Counted from the stretch's first letter, positions 1 to 7,786 are shown. The stretch is 64,000 bases of DNA from an uncultured virus (IMG/VR IMGVR_UViG_2924862757_000006) (IMGVR_UViG_2924862757_000006), one strand, 5' to 3'. Notes: a model not told the origin generated them from the letters alone. Translations and numbers: made by a program.

Positions 1-213
1 TTACACTTTAGTAATCTCCTCCACTACATATTGGTCTTTTACTTTCTTGCAGGTACATACGAAGAATTCCGGATGTTTCAGAGCTCCTTGTAAAGTATCA
101 GGAAGAATCATTTCTTTAGTACGACGGTCCATTGCAACCGTTGCATACAGGATACCTTCACTCTTGCATTTCTCTATTAATGCACTTTTTAGTTCTTCTA
201 CGCTATATTCCAT
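1..213 (-). CDS. Small hypothetical protein (MEYSVEELK...), possibly flanking host gene
   Basis: ATG at 213; -7 element TAACTTTG on the minus strand at 235-242. Confidence 0.6.
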   Translation of the reverse strand: MEYSVEELKSALIEKCKSEGILYATVAMDRRTKEMILPDTLQGALKHPEFFVCTCKKVKDQYVVEEITKV

Positions 214-285
214 TTGTGTGATCCTTTGTCGCTGCAAAGTTATGGAAAATATGTATATTTTGTGCAATTATATTCCTGTAATAAA

Positions 286-329
286 TAAAAAAATAGCTCC
301 CTAGTTCGTCCGCCGACGAGGGAGCTATT
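286..329 (-). terminator. Intrinsic terminator-like hairpin
   Basis: ATAGCTCCCT...AGGGAGCTAT stem with an A-run on its left (U-tract on the minus strand). Confidence 0.6.
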
Positions 330-525
330 AACACAAAAACTAAACTAGACACATTTTTGGAAATCTAGTTGTATATTCTGTATATCAATTATATAGTCCT
401 GCTTTTTTTTATGGTTCGACCATAATTCGACCATTTGATGTTTTATGTACTATCAAGATTTTTGAGTTTCATATTTTATATTACTTTAAATATTATATTT
501 GCGCATCACTAAAATTGATTATCGT

Positions 526-721
526 ATGTTCAAGAGAATAAAGCCTATTTCAAAAGCCTCCTTGGAAGGAATCGTTTATCAAATAAGATACCTTACAGGC
601 GAAAAAAAATGTTACTGATGAAGCACTTGTTTGGCATTTGCAAAGGATCTTATCCGAAAAAGGAATTCCTGTCGACTATATTTCTTCTCCCAAACCATGG
701 GAATGGAAGAAGAGAATATGA
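526..721 (+). pseudogene. Small ORF interrupted by a frameshift in an A8 run
   Basis: Promoter TATATTTG at 494-501, ATG at 526; removing one A from 602-609 restores a 64-aa ORF ending TGA at 719-721. Confidence 0.45.
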
Positions 722-759
722 TTACTTTTTTCCACATTTTCTTTGAACAGAACTGTATT

Positions 760-1278
760 TTAAGAAAGTAATGCAGCCTTGCTTAAATTATATATGTTTA
801 TAACTATATCCTTCATGGACCATATAGAATATAATAGAAGGTAAAGTAACAAGAATGATGCTGTATTATTAACATAATCGCTATATAAAAATTGGATGTT
901 TAGACTATGTATATATTTAAATATAATACTAAAAAAAATACCAATAAACATAATAATCATACATACTACAAATGAGGAATTTAGTCCAGAGAGTAGTTTT
1001 ATTCCTTCATCATCTTTTAAATCATTTAGTAGATTAGAGCAATATATAGATAATAAAATGGCATATGCAGCTAATACGAGTGAGACAATGGTAGGGATAA
1101 TTCCAATACATAAGTCTATGATTGTACTTAATGACTGATATGATGGGATATCACTAAAGTTTCCTATAATAATCATCGAAATAGAGAGAAGTATTGGTAC
1201 TAAAGAATCTTTTAAAATATCTTTACTAGTATATACTTTAAAAATACTTCTCCATCCAAATTCATCTTTAGCATTCAT
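760..1278 (-). CDS. Multi-pass membrane protein, partner of the upstream gene (candidate defence)
   Basis: About four hydrophobic segments; 8 nt downstream of 1287..2156; very AT-rich. Confidence 0.75.
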   Translation of the reverse strand: MNAKDEFGWRSIFKVYTSKDILKDSLVPILLSISMIIIGNFSDIPSYQSLSTIIDLCIGIIPTIVSLVLAAYAILLSIYCSNLLNDLKDDEGIKLLSGLNSSFVVCMIIMFIGIFFSIIFKYIHSLNIQFLYSDYVNNTASFLLLYLLLYSIWSMKDIVINIYNLSKAALLS

Positions 1279-1286
1279 GATTCTAG

Positions 1287-2156
1287 TTATTGATTATGCC
1301 CAAATATACTACATAATTCTGTGTATATCTTATTAAAATAATTTTTTTCTGTATCTTTAATTTCTATTCTCATAGGATAATCTTTTGTATCAATCTTGAT
1401 CGGTTTTCCATTTTCTTTTTCTTGTACTCTAGCTATCATTGTACCGTTACTACGTGACATGTTGACTATTGCTTCGATTATTCCATCTTCTTCTTTTTTA
1501 AGAGGTTCTTCGTCTGTTCCTTCCATTTTGAATTTAACATTTCTTGGTCTTGCATCTTTTATTTTTTTGTCAAACTTTGCAATAAATCCTTCTGTAAAAT
1601 CTTTATTTGAAAAAGTTATATCTGCATCAATTAAAAATATTTTATGTGCGTTTAAAACTCTTGTGATGATATCTCTACTTTTCTCTATATTAATATCAAC
1701 AGCTCCATTACTAGCTGTTTCTGCAAAACTATGGGTAAGATATTTCATCACTTGATTTATACCGATTTTAGAGCTTATGCTGACTATTAATCGGTGCACT
1801 TTAGGGATAAAATATAGCTCTACCTCTTTTAGGTTAGCAACAATATCAGGATTAATGTCAATCTTTACCTGTGTTTTCGTTTTTTTATCATAAAAAGCAT
1901 CTGGATTAAGAATATCATATGAAATTAATTTGATTAATAGCATTCTTGGGGTACCGTCATCCTCTAAATATTCGCTTTTAAGAAGCTGTTTTATACTGAT
2001 ATATCTATTACTATGTAATAATATGAGGGGATCTTTAGCATATAGTTGCTCAAATAATTTAACATATTTTTGTGGCGTTTGTTCGTATCTAGACTTGATG
2101 TTTATAACATACATTTTTCCGCCAATGATTCTTTTACTTTCTTTTGTCTGCTCCAT
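1287..2156 (-). CDS. DUF4747-like protein (candidate defence/lysogenic cargo)
   Basis: 289 aa; YFIPKVHRL segment and pairing with a TM gene resemble DUF4747 loci (by eye). Confidence 0.55.
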   Translation of the reverse strand: MEQTKESKRIIGGKMYVINIKSRYEQTPQKYVKLFEQLYAKDPLILLHSNRYISIKQLLKSEYLEDDGTPRMLLIKLISYDILNPDAFYDKKTKTQVKIDINPDIVANLKEVELYFIPKVHRLIVSISSKIGINQVMKYLTHSFAETASNGAVDINIEKSRDIITRVLNAHKIFLIDADITFSNKDFTEGFIAKFDKKIKDARPRNVKFKMEGTDEEPLKKEEDGIIEAIVNMSRSNGTMIARVQEKENGKPIKIDTKDYPMRIEIKDTEKNYFNKIYTELCSIFGHNQ

Positions 2157-2291
2157 AATATTGATTATTTATATGTGATTATTCAGTGTTTTTAGAGTTC
2201 TAAAGGTATGCTAAGAACTGCTGTTTTTGATAATGATGAGGTTTATTTTATTAATTTACAATGCAAATGAAACTAATGTGATTTTCTTCAT

Positions 2292-2531
2292 TTAGTATTT
2301 ATTTCTTTTTCTTTTCCAGTGACCGTTTACATAGGTTCCATCCTTTTTTGTATATCCATCTACCCACTTATCCGGTCTGTCAGTTTGGCTTGAATCAGAC
2401 ATTATGTTATAGTATAGTGCAATAAGAATCAAGCTTATAATAACTGTTGTTATTGGATAGTTAAACAGTACTATAAAGTAAGTGATTACAAATGCTATTT
2501 TGAGTACTATAGTATAATATGTCCTTTTCAT
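2292..2531 (-). CDS. Small membrane protein with VxGYxKKDGTYVxGH tail
   Basis: Two TM helices then a motif common in immunity-region proteins; directly downstream of the repressor. Confidence 0.7.
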   Translation of the reverse strand: MKRTYYTIVLKIAFVITYFIVLFNYPITTVIISLILIALYYNIMSDSSQTDRPDKWVDGYTKKDGTYVNGHWKRKRNKY

Positions 2532-2534
2532 AGC

Positions 2535-2915
2535 TTATCCGATATTTCTTTCATTCTTCAACATAGCCAGTTCACCCTTTAATTTTTGGTTTTCTTCCAA
2601 AAGCCGTTGGGTAAGCACTGTCTTCTCATTGATTTCATCCTGCAAATTGGCTATGGTATATACAATACTTTTCAATTTGTCCATTCCTGGTTCTGTTTCT
2701 TCTTTTTGAAGAAGCATGGAGCCTTTTCCTCTTAACAGCCATTCTGCGGATATTTCTTCATTTGAGAATAATATAGCATTGACTGTAGTCAAACTAAGTT
2801 CTCTCATTCCATTTAATTGGTTGGAGAATGTGTTGTCTTTTAATCCACATTTCATTGCAAATGCTCTTGTACTAAGTCCGTAGTATGCAATAATGTCTTT
2901 AATTCTTGTAATCAT
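2535..2915 (-). CDS. CI-like XRE/HTH prophage repressor with C-terminal coiled coil
   Basis: HTH (LSTRAFAMKCGLKDNTFSNQLNG) and ISAEWLLRGKGSM motif; divergent from the lytic operon; start moved to ATG 2915 because the upstream part is operator/promoter DNA. Confidence 0.85.
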   Translation of the reverse strand: MITRIKDIIAYYGLSTRAFAMKCGLKDNTFSNQLNGMRELSLTTVNAILFSNEEISAEWLLRGKGSMLLQKEETEPGMDKLKSIVYTIANLQDEINEKTVLTQRLLEENQKLKGELAMLKNERNIG

Positions 2916-2935
2916 ATGCAGTTTGTAAAAGTTAA

Positions 2936-2955
2936 ATTCTCTCAAATGAGAGAAT
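2936..2955. promoter_or_regulatory. Operator O1 (palindrome)
   Basis: ATTCTCTC-AAAT-GAGAGAAT perfect inverted repeat. Confidence 0.75.
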
Positions 2956-2970
2956 AATTTAAGTTTTAAA

Positions 2971-3002
2971 TTTGCATATTCTCTCAAACGAGAATATATT
3001 TG
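2971..3002 (+). promoter_or_regulatory. Rightward lytic promoter with operator O2 in the spacer
   Basis: TTTG (2971-74), 20 nt, TATATTTG (2995-3002); palindrome ATATTCTC-N6-GAGAATAT at 2976-2997 shares ATTCTCTCAAAYGAGA with O1. Confidence 0.8.
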
Positions 3003-3024
3003 CATCATCAATCAATCAATACTC

Positions 3025-3055
3025 CAAAAGTATAAAAAATGATTGATAAAACAAA
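3025..3055 (-). promoter_or_regulatory. Leftward (repressor) promoter
   Basis: Minus strand TTTG (3052-55), 19 nt, TACTTTTG (3025-32). Confidence 0.65.
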
Positions 3056-3072
3056 TGTGAAACTCAATAAAT

Positions 3073-3390
3073 GTGACAGACATGAAAAGATTTGATTTAT
3101 CCGAAATAATGAGAAATGCTCATAGAACCTATAAATATTCAGGCAAGAAGCAGGGAAAAACTTTTGGAGAGGTTCTGAAAGCTACTTGGAGACTTGCTAA
3201 ACTTCAAGAAAATTTCTCACAGGAAGCCATGAAAGCAAGAACGGATAAATTCTTATCAGAAAGAAACGAGGTAATGAGTAAAGCGGCTAAAGCTACAAGG
3301 CATGAGGGGTACAATAATCTTAATATACCCGCTTCCGCTTACTACAACCCAAATAGTACTCATTACGGTGCACATTACGTCGGAGATTAA
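3073..3390 (+). CDS. First early gene, basic hypothetical protein (Cro/antiterminator position)
   Basis: First ORF after the lytic promoter; LSEIMRNAH...LKATW motif. Confidence 0.7.
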   Translation: MTDMKRFDLSEIMRNAHRTYKYSGKKQGKTFGEVLKATWRLAKLQENFSQEAMKARTDKFLSERNEVMSKAAKATRHEGYNNLNIPASAYYNPNSTHYGAHYVGD

Positions 3391-3405
3391 TCAAATTATA
3401 CAACA

Positions 3406-3642
3406 ATGGATAAAAGAACCGAACTAGAAATACAGCGAGACAAATATGAAGCTGTGATTGAAGAACGAGACGCGTTGATCAACTCTTTGAGAGGTGAAAA
3501 TGAAAAACTCAAACGAGATTTAGAATCAGAACGTGGATTTTATAGAGAGAAAGTTTCCCAATGTGATGATTTGAAGAAATTTATTGAATCGCAAAGAAAC
3601 TTAATGGATATAGTTTTGAAGAACAACCAAAGTATTCTCTAA
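3406..3642 (+). CDS. Coiled-coil hypothetical protein
   Basis: Heptad-rich ORF in the early operon. Confidence 0.7.
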   Translation: MDKRTELEIQRDKYEAVIEERDALINSLRGENEKLKRDLESERGFYREKVSQCDDLKKFIESQRNLMDIVLKNNQSIL

Positions 3643-3736
3643 CCCTCACTAAAGTCAAACCAAACCGCCGGTTATCCGGTACCCAGTCCGGTCTTTGAGC
3701 CTGCCCTTGAAGGGAGACTGGGAACAACAGAGAAGA

Positions 3737-3747
3737 GTTCTTTGACA
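3737..3747 (+). promoter_or_regulatory. boxA-like antitermination element
   Basis: GTTCTTTGACA resembles rrn/lambda boxA (GCTCTTTAACA); preceded by hairpins including CCCTTGAAGGG. Confidence 0.5.
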
Positions 3748-3771
3748 TATTGGTAAAATGGTGTTTTGGAA

Positions 3772-3886
3772 GCCGACACGTGCCGAAAGGGATTACTGAC
3801 GTAGGCGGGCTTCTCAACGATATAATGCTGTGGTTAATGGTCAAGCCGTATCGTTGTAAAACTAAATCAGTTAGACGTTTGTCGGC
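3772..3886 (+). ncRNA. Multi-stem structured non-coding element
   Basis: Closing stem GCCGACA/TGTCGGC, internal stem CAACGATA/TATCGTTG, GAAA tetraloop; no credible ORF. Confidence 0.5.
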
Positions 3887-3916
3887 AAATCGAGGTATTT
3901 GCTTTATGTATATAAA

Positions 3917-4050
3917 GGTGATGTAGCTCAGGCAGGTTAGAGCGCTGTGTGTGGTGGATGGTTGAGAGTTCGAGTCTCTCAAGAAATACTCTTAGCTTAA
4001 CGGAAGAGCACCACAAGCAGAGGTCGGCGGTTCGAATCCGCCCATCGCTT
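3917..4050 (+). ncRNA. tRNA-like element with a second, permuted T-arm/D-arm unit replacing the anticodon loop
   Basis: Acceptor GGTGATG/CATCGCT, D-arm GCTC..GAGC, T-arm GGCGG-TTCGAAT-CCGCC; insert has GAGAG-TTCGAGT-CTCTC then TAGCTTAACGGAAGAGC. Confidence 0.8.
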
Positions 4051-4077
4051 CAATGTTTAATTAAAGAATATAGAGTT

Positions 4078-4338
4078 ATGACAAGGTTTTTCCAGTTTGT
4101 AATAGTTGGGATAATATTAGGAGCGGTGCTTATGTTACTCGCTTCTATTGTTTCTTCGTGTTACTTTTTTATTACAACATTTACGTTGAGTGATTTTGAA
4201 GAAAGAACAGCTTCATTTGTTCTCGGTGCGGTAAGTGCTCTATTTACATACGGAATGTTCCGGATATTAATGAATGCCTTACAAGTATTTTCAGATAAGT
4301 TGGATGCAATAAAGAAGAGATATGAAAGCAATAATTGA
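4078..4338 (+). CDS. Two-TM membrane protein
   Basis: ATG at 4078 after an A-rich leader; the upstream extension in the ORF track overlaps the tRNA-like RNA. Confidence 0.65.
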   Translation: MTRFFQFVIVGIILGAVLMLLASIVSSCYFFITTFTLSDFEERTASFVLGAVSALFTYGMFRILMNALQVFSDKLDAIKKRYESNN

Positions 4339-4441
4339 AATGTAGGATACACTGTTTTCTATGGTCCTCAATTTTAATAACACATCCTAGATTGATAAGG
4401 ATGCGTTTACCGTTTTCGGTAATCTCAATAAATTTGTTCAT
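4244..4441 (-). CDS. Small reverse-oriented hypothetical protein with its own promoter
   Basis: A-rich leader AAAAATAAGAAAATG; -7 TATTTTTG at 4467-4474 (minus); 3' end overlaps the opposite gene. Confidence 0.45.
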   Translation of the reverse strand: MNKFIEITENGKRILINLGCVIKIEDHRKQCILHFNYCFHISSLLHPTYLKILVRHSLISGTFRM

Positions 4442-4558
4442 TTTCTTATTTTTTAAGTTGGTTCTACAAAAATAAGAAAATCCCCCGTTCCTTTTTTATT
4501 AGCGAATAATCTTGGAACGGGGGAAATTTATTAATCAATTAATATTAAGCGTATTATT

Positions 4559-4726
4559 ATGAAGAATTACATAACTCTAATTGTGATGTTCATCATCGGT
4601 CTATTTGTTGGAAATAGAATATTTAATCATGTAAATGCGTGGATAGGTGTGGGTGTAATCTTGTTCACGATATTTTTTGTCACATATAAATTAATAAAAG
4701 CACTGAAAAATGAGAAGAAAGATTGA
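4559..4726 (+). CDS. Small two-TM protein coupled to the SPFH gene
   Basis: 55-aa hydrophobic ORF (MKNYITLIVMF...), below the ORF-track cutoff, overlapping the start of 4710. Confidence 0.6.
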   Translation: MKNYITLIVMFIIGLFVGNRIFNHVNAWIGVGVILFTIFFVTYKLIKALKNEKKD

Positions 4727-5519
4727 TTGTCTGTTTTTGGCATTGATTGCCATTATTTTATTTGCATCGTGTGAAAGAGTTGCTCCTAATTATGCCGGTG
4801 TGCTCATGGAGAATTACGGTAAACAGGGGAAAGATGATTTTAAGGTAGTTTCGGGCAAAGTATCTACATGGGAATGGGGTACGGAGCTATTTCAAGTTCC
4901 TTTGTTTGACCAACGTGGAGAATTCGCAGAGCCAGTAACATTAAAGGCTGCTGACAATACGGAGTTTACAGCACGTCCGACTTATTCCTATAAGGTGATG
5001 AAGAATAGGGCTATTGATATTGTATTTGACAACAAGCATATTGATAAAGCCGATACTCCATCAGGAAAGGATGGCTTTATGCAATCGTTGGAAGATAATA
5101 TCTTGGAACCTCGTATTTATGACCTTATTAAGGAGGAAAGCCGAAAACATAAGACTGATAGCCTGATGGCGGATGGTGGTTCGTTAGTTTTTGAAAAGAG
5201 ACTGGAGCAAATAGTAGATAAAGAGTTTGATAAACGAGGATTACAATTACTTACTTTTTCTGCACAGTTGGAGTTTTCAAGAGCTGTTCGTGATAAGATT
5301 GATAGTCGCAATGAAGTAAATACCAATATATCTGTTCTCGATCAGAAAATTGAAGAGCAGAAGAAACAAAATGAATTGGAACGATTGAAAACGGAACAGG
5401 CTCTTATTACATCGAAAGGGTTGACTAAAGAAATCCTGTATAAGCAGTTTATTGATAAATGGGATGGAAAAACACCGCTCTATGGTATTGCTCCTGATTT
5501 TCTGAAAATAACTCAATAA
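4710..5519 (+). CDS. SPFH/band 7 (prohibitin-like) lipoprotein
   Basis: Lipobox LFASC, SPFH-like core, coiled coil and IDKWDGKTP tail. Confidence 0.85.
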   Translation: MRRKIDCLFLALIAIILFASCERVAPNYAGVLMENYGKQGKDDFKVVSGKVSTWEWGTELFQVPLFDQRGEFAEPVTLKAADNTEFTARPTYSYKVMKNRAIDIVFDNKHIDKADTPSGKDGFMQSLEDNILEPRIYDLIKEESRKHKTDSLMADGGSLVFEKRLEQIVDKEFDKRGLQLLTFSAQLEFSRAVRDKIDSRNEVNTNISVLDQKIEEQKKQNELERLKTEQALITSKGLTKEILYKQFIDKWDGKTPLYGIAPDFLKITQ

Positions 5520-5746
5520 TGAAATTACCCAAGTTTATCCGTAAATACTTAATCCGAATGATTAAGATGCGAGTTGTTAAGAAAATACAACCCGATGGAG
5601 ATTACCAAAAAGCAGTCTCTTTTGTAATTAACGCACCTTTGAAAGAGTGGCGCATCCGATTGTGGTGTGTCACCCATTTCAAAGATGAATGTGGGTCAGG
5701 CGATGAGTCTGATTGGGAACGGTTATTGGACTATCTTACTCATTGA
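5519..5746 (+). CDS. Hypothetical protein
   Basis: Translationally coupled (TAATG). Confidence 0.6.
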   Translation: MKLPKFIRKYLIRMIKMRVVKKIQPDGDYQKAVSFVINAPLKEWRIRLWCVTHFKDECGSGDESDWERLLDYLTH

Positions 5747-5774
5747 GTAGCCACATTAATTAATCAACATATTT

Positions 5775-5972
5775 ATGATTCAAGTAACAATTAAAAACGA
5801 TAGGAATGAGAATTTGGAAGATGCCACATTCTCATTAAGTGTAGAGAATATGCCGATAAAATCAGCTAAAGTAGTAGCCGAAAAGCTTCCTGCTATGATA
5901 CAGAAAGCTTTTCGGGATTATTCAGATTGTAAAGTCGGGTTTAATCGAGATAAAAAGAGAGATAATGAATGA
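5775..5972 (+). CDS. Hypothetical protein
   Basis: ORF with A-rich leader in the early operon. Confidence 0.55.
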   Translation: MIQVTIKNDRNENLEDATFSLSVENMPIKSAKVVAEKLPAMIQKAFRDYSDCKVGFNRDKKRDNE

Positions 5973-6294
5973 ATTTTTCTATGAGTGATTTGAGCTTGTT
6001 GCAATCATCATTGTAATAATGATCTAAAAAACCTGAATCAAATCGAGGTCGAGGTTCTGACATCATTTTTTTGTAAAATGGCATTTCTTGGTCAAAAGCA
6101 TGTACAAGATTGATGAAATCATCTTGTACTTCTTTGAATTTGCATGAATATACATCATTTGTTCCTGGAGTACTATCTTTATAGCTTTTGGGCGCTATCT
6201 TGTTAGAATCAACCAATTCTTTAAATGTTGCTCGTATGCTTTCAAGGTTAGAAAGTATATCTTCTGCATGTTTTTTGTAAAATTCAGCTCTCAT
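5941..6294 (-). CDS. Reverse-oriented moron-like hypothetical protein
   Basis: ATG at 6294; own -7 TAACTTTG at 6321-6328 (minus). Confidence 0.65.
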   Translation of the reverse strand: MRAEFYKKHAEDILSNLESIRATFKELVDSNKIAPKSYKDSTPGTNDVYSCKFKEVQDDFINLVHAFDQEMPFYKKMMSEPRPRFDSGFLDHYYNDDCNKLKSLIEKFIHYLSFYLD

Positions 6295-6404
6295 ATTACT
6301 TAATTTTTGATTATACACCCCAAAGTTAAGTAAATCCTCCGAATAAAGCGTGATGCTGCCGATCGAATTGGTTCGGGGGAGCTTTTATTTTAAAATTAAT
6401 CAGT

Positions 6405-6599
6405 ATGGAAAAAGAAAAGAGTATTATGTGCATTCTCCGTGAAATGGAGATTGATGACAAAAAAGACTTTCCCATTTCCAAAAGGGCGTATCTTTTGAAT
6501 CTGACTTCTTACAGGTTAAAGGAGAAGGAGCCTGATAAAAAATGGGGTATTAAGTCTGATAGGAACAGCGGTATTGTCACGGTCACGCGAGTTGAGTAA
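6405..6599 (+). CDS. Small putative DNA-binding protein
   Basis: Basic 64-aa ORF ending VTVTRVE. Confidence 0.65.
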   Translation: MEKEKSIMCILREMEIDDKKDFPISKRAYLLNLTSYRLKEKEPDKKWGIKSDRNSGIVTVTRVE

Positions 6600-6612
6600 G
6601 TAATTAAAGCTT

Positions 6613-6876
6613 ATGGAAACTATTAGAGGTGAAATGGCTGAAATATTGCTAGATAATATTCTCCGTCTGTTTTCTACAGAAACGTTTGGAAAAGATAAGT
6701 CTGCGTATTATGTGGGTGGGGAAAAGAAATTGATGAATCTTATAGAAACGGGTAAGATTGAAAGTGATAAGCCCACTAATGTCCAAAACGGCAAGTGGCA
6801 TTGTAATGCTGCTCAAGTATTACTTCATTGCCGATGTGCGGGAAGGAAAGTTAAATCTAAAAAACGGAAGAAATGA
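6613..6876 (+). CDS. Putative excisionase-like winged-helix protein
   Basis: SAYYVGGEKKLMNLIETGKI...GKWHC resembles Xis/MerR-type wHTH. Confidence 0.5.
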   Translation: METIRGEMAEILLDNILRLFSTETFGKDKSAYYVGGEKKLMNLIETGKIESDKPTNVQNGKWHCNAAQVLLHCRCAGRKVKSKKRKK

Positions 6877-7064
6877 AAAAGATTAAAGTGATACAGTATG
6901 CCATGATGTTCATTGCCTTATGGACAACACTGTATCTTGTAGATAGCATTGAAGTTAGCAAGAAAGAATTTATTGCTGCTTTTGTATTGGTGACTGTCGT
7001 ATCAGTGAATTATATCTGTTTTCGATACTACGAAGATAGGAAACAAAATAAAGATAGCCTGTGA
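6873..7064 (+). CDS. Small two-TM protein
   Basis: Hydrophobic 63-aa ORF with ATGA overlap. Confidence 0.6.
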   Translation: MKKIKVIQYAMMFIALWTTLYLVDSIEVSKKEFIAAFVLVTVVSVNYICFRYYEDRKQNKDSL

Positions 7065-7126
7065 AGGTCTGCATTGCTTAATTTTAGTATTTGTCATGTT
7101 TATTTAGCCCGGTTCGCCGGGCATCT

Positions 7127-7197
7127 GCCGGGATAGCTCAGTTGGTTAGAGCGCATGTTTCTACATGAGGTCAGCGGTTCGAATCCGTTTCCCGGCT
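7127..7197 (+). ncRNA. tRNA-like element with a 4-nt anticodon loop
   Basis: Acceptor GCCGGGA/TCCCGGC, D-arm, T-arm AGCGG-TTCGAAT-CCGTT; anticodon arm CATGT-TTCT-ACATG. Confidence 0.85.
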
Positions 7198-7293
7198 CAA
7201 CTCAATCAGAGTTAAGTAACCCGTGAGGGGGAAAATTATGTTTGTATCAATAACAATTCAATCAATGTAGCCGGAAGCGTCTGGCTACGACCT

Positions 7294-7391
7294 GAAGGAA
7301 TGGCGGAATTGGTAGACGCAAGTATGCAGATAGATTGAAGAAAGTCATACATAGGTAATCTGTCATCCCGGTTCGAGTCCGGGTTCCTTCA
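7294..7391 (+). ncRNA. tRNA-Leu-like element with an oversized anticodon loop
   Basis: Acceptor GAAGGAA/TTCCTTC, Leu-type D-arm GGCGGAATTGGTAGACGC, T-arm CCCGG-TTCGAGT-CCGGG; GTATG/CATAC stem closes a 19-nt loop. Confidence 0.8.
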
Positions 7392-7618
7392 CAGAGAATT
7401 TTTCTTTTTATGTTTAACTAATGTTGCCAGCGAAAAGGACGCTGTAGGGTTAAAGCCCCTGTTATTTGAGTTTTAATTGTTCTATACTATTCCGGTGTGC
7501 TTTGAACGGCTATCCGGAAGCAAGAAGCTCGTGAGAGTGCTATTTAATAGTTAATGTCGTGTTTTATTTTGTGTTTGTGTTCTAGGTGAATGGTTCGTGA
7601 GAATAGTTCACTTAAAAC

Positions 7619-7685
7619 GGATGGCTGGTGTAATTGGCAGCATACGCAGATATGCGTGATGTGGGTTCGATCCCCACGCCATTCA
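7619..7685 (+). ncRNA. tRNA-like element with a 4-nt anticodon loop
   Basis: Acceptor GGATGGC/GCCATTC, T-arm GTGGG-TTCGATC-CCCAC; anticodon arm ACGCA-GATA-TGCGT. Confidence 0.8.
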
Positions 7686-7786
7686 CCCTTCTGATCCTAA
7701 TTAAATTATAGTAGTTCATGAGTTTTGTTTTGTGTTTGTGATTGGGGTGTATGGTCTGTGAAGATAGTGCACCTTTTTAATTAATC

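Noticed and set aside
329..360. Second minus-strand sRNA ending at the 286-329 terminator
   Set aside because: It has a UG-rich tract, but no promoter and no clear target were found.
3581..4077. ORF 3581..3982 (minus) and the N-terminal extension of 3949..4338
   Set aside because: They overlap structured RNA elements and have no protein-like features.
7427..7461. Sixth tRNA remnant (CAGCG/CGCTG arm followed by a TTAAAGC-loop stem)
   Set aside because: No acceptor stem or D-arm, and a non-canonical T-loop; too weak to call.
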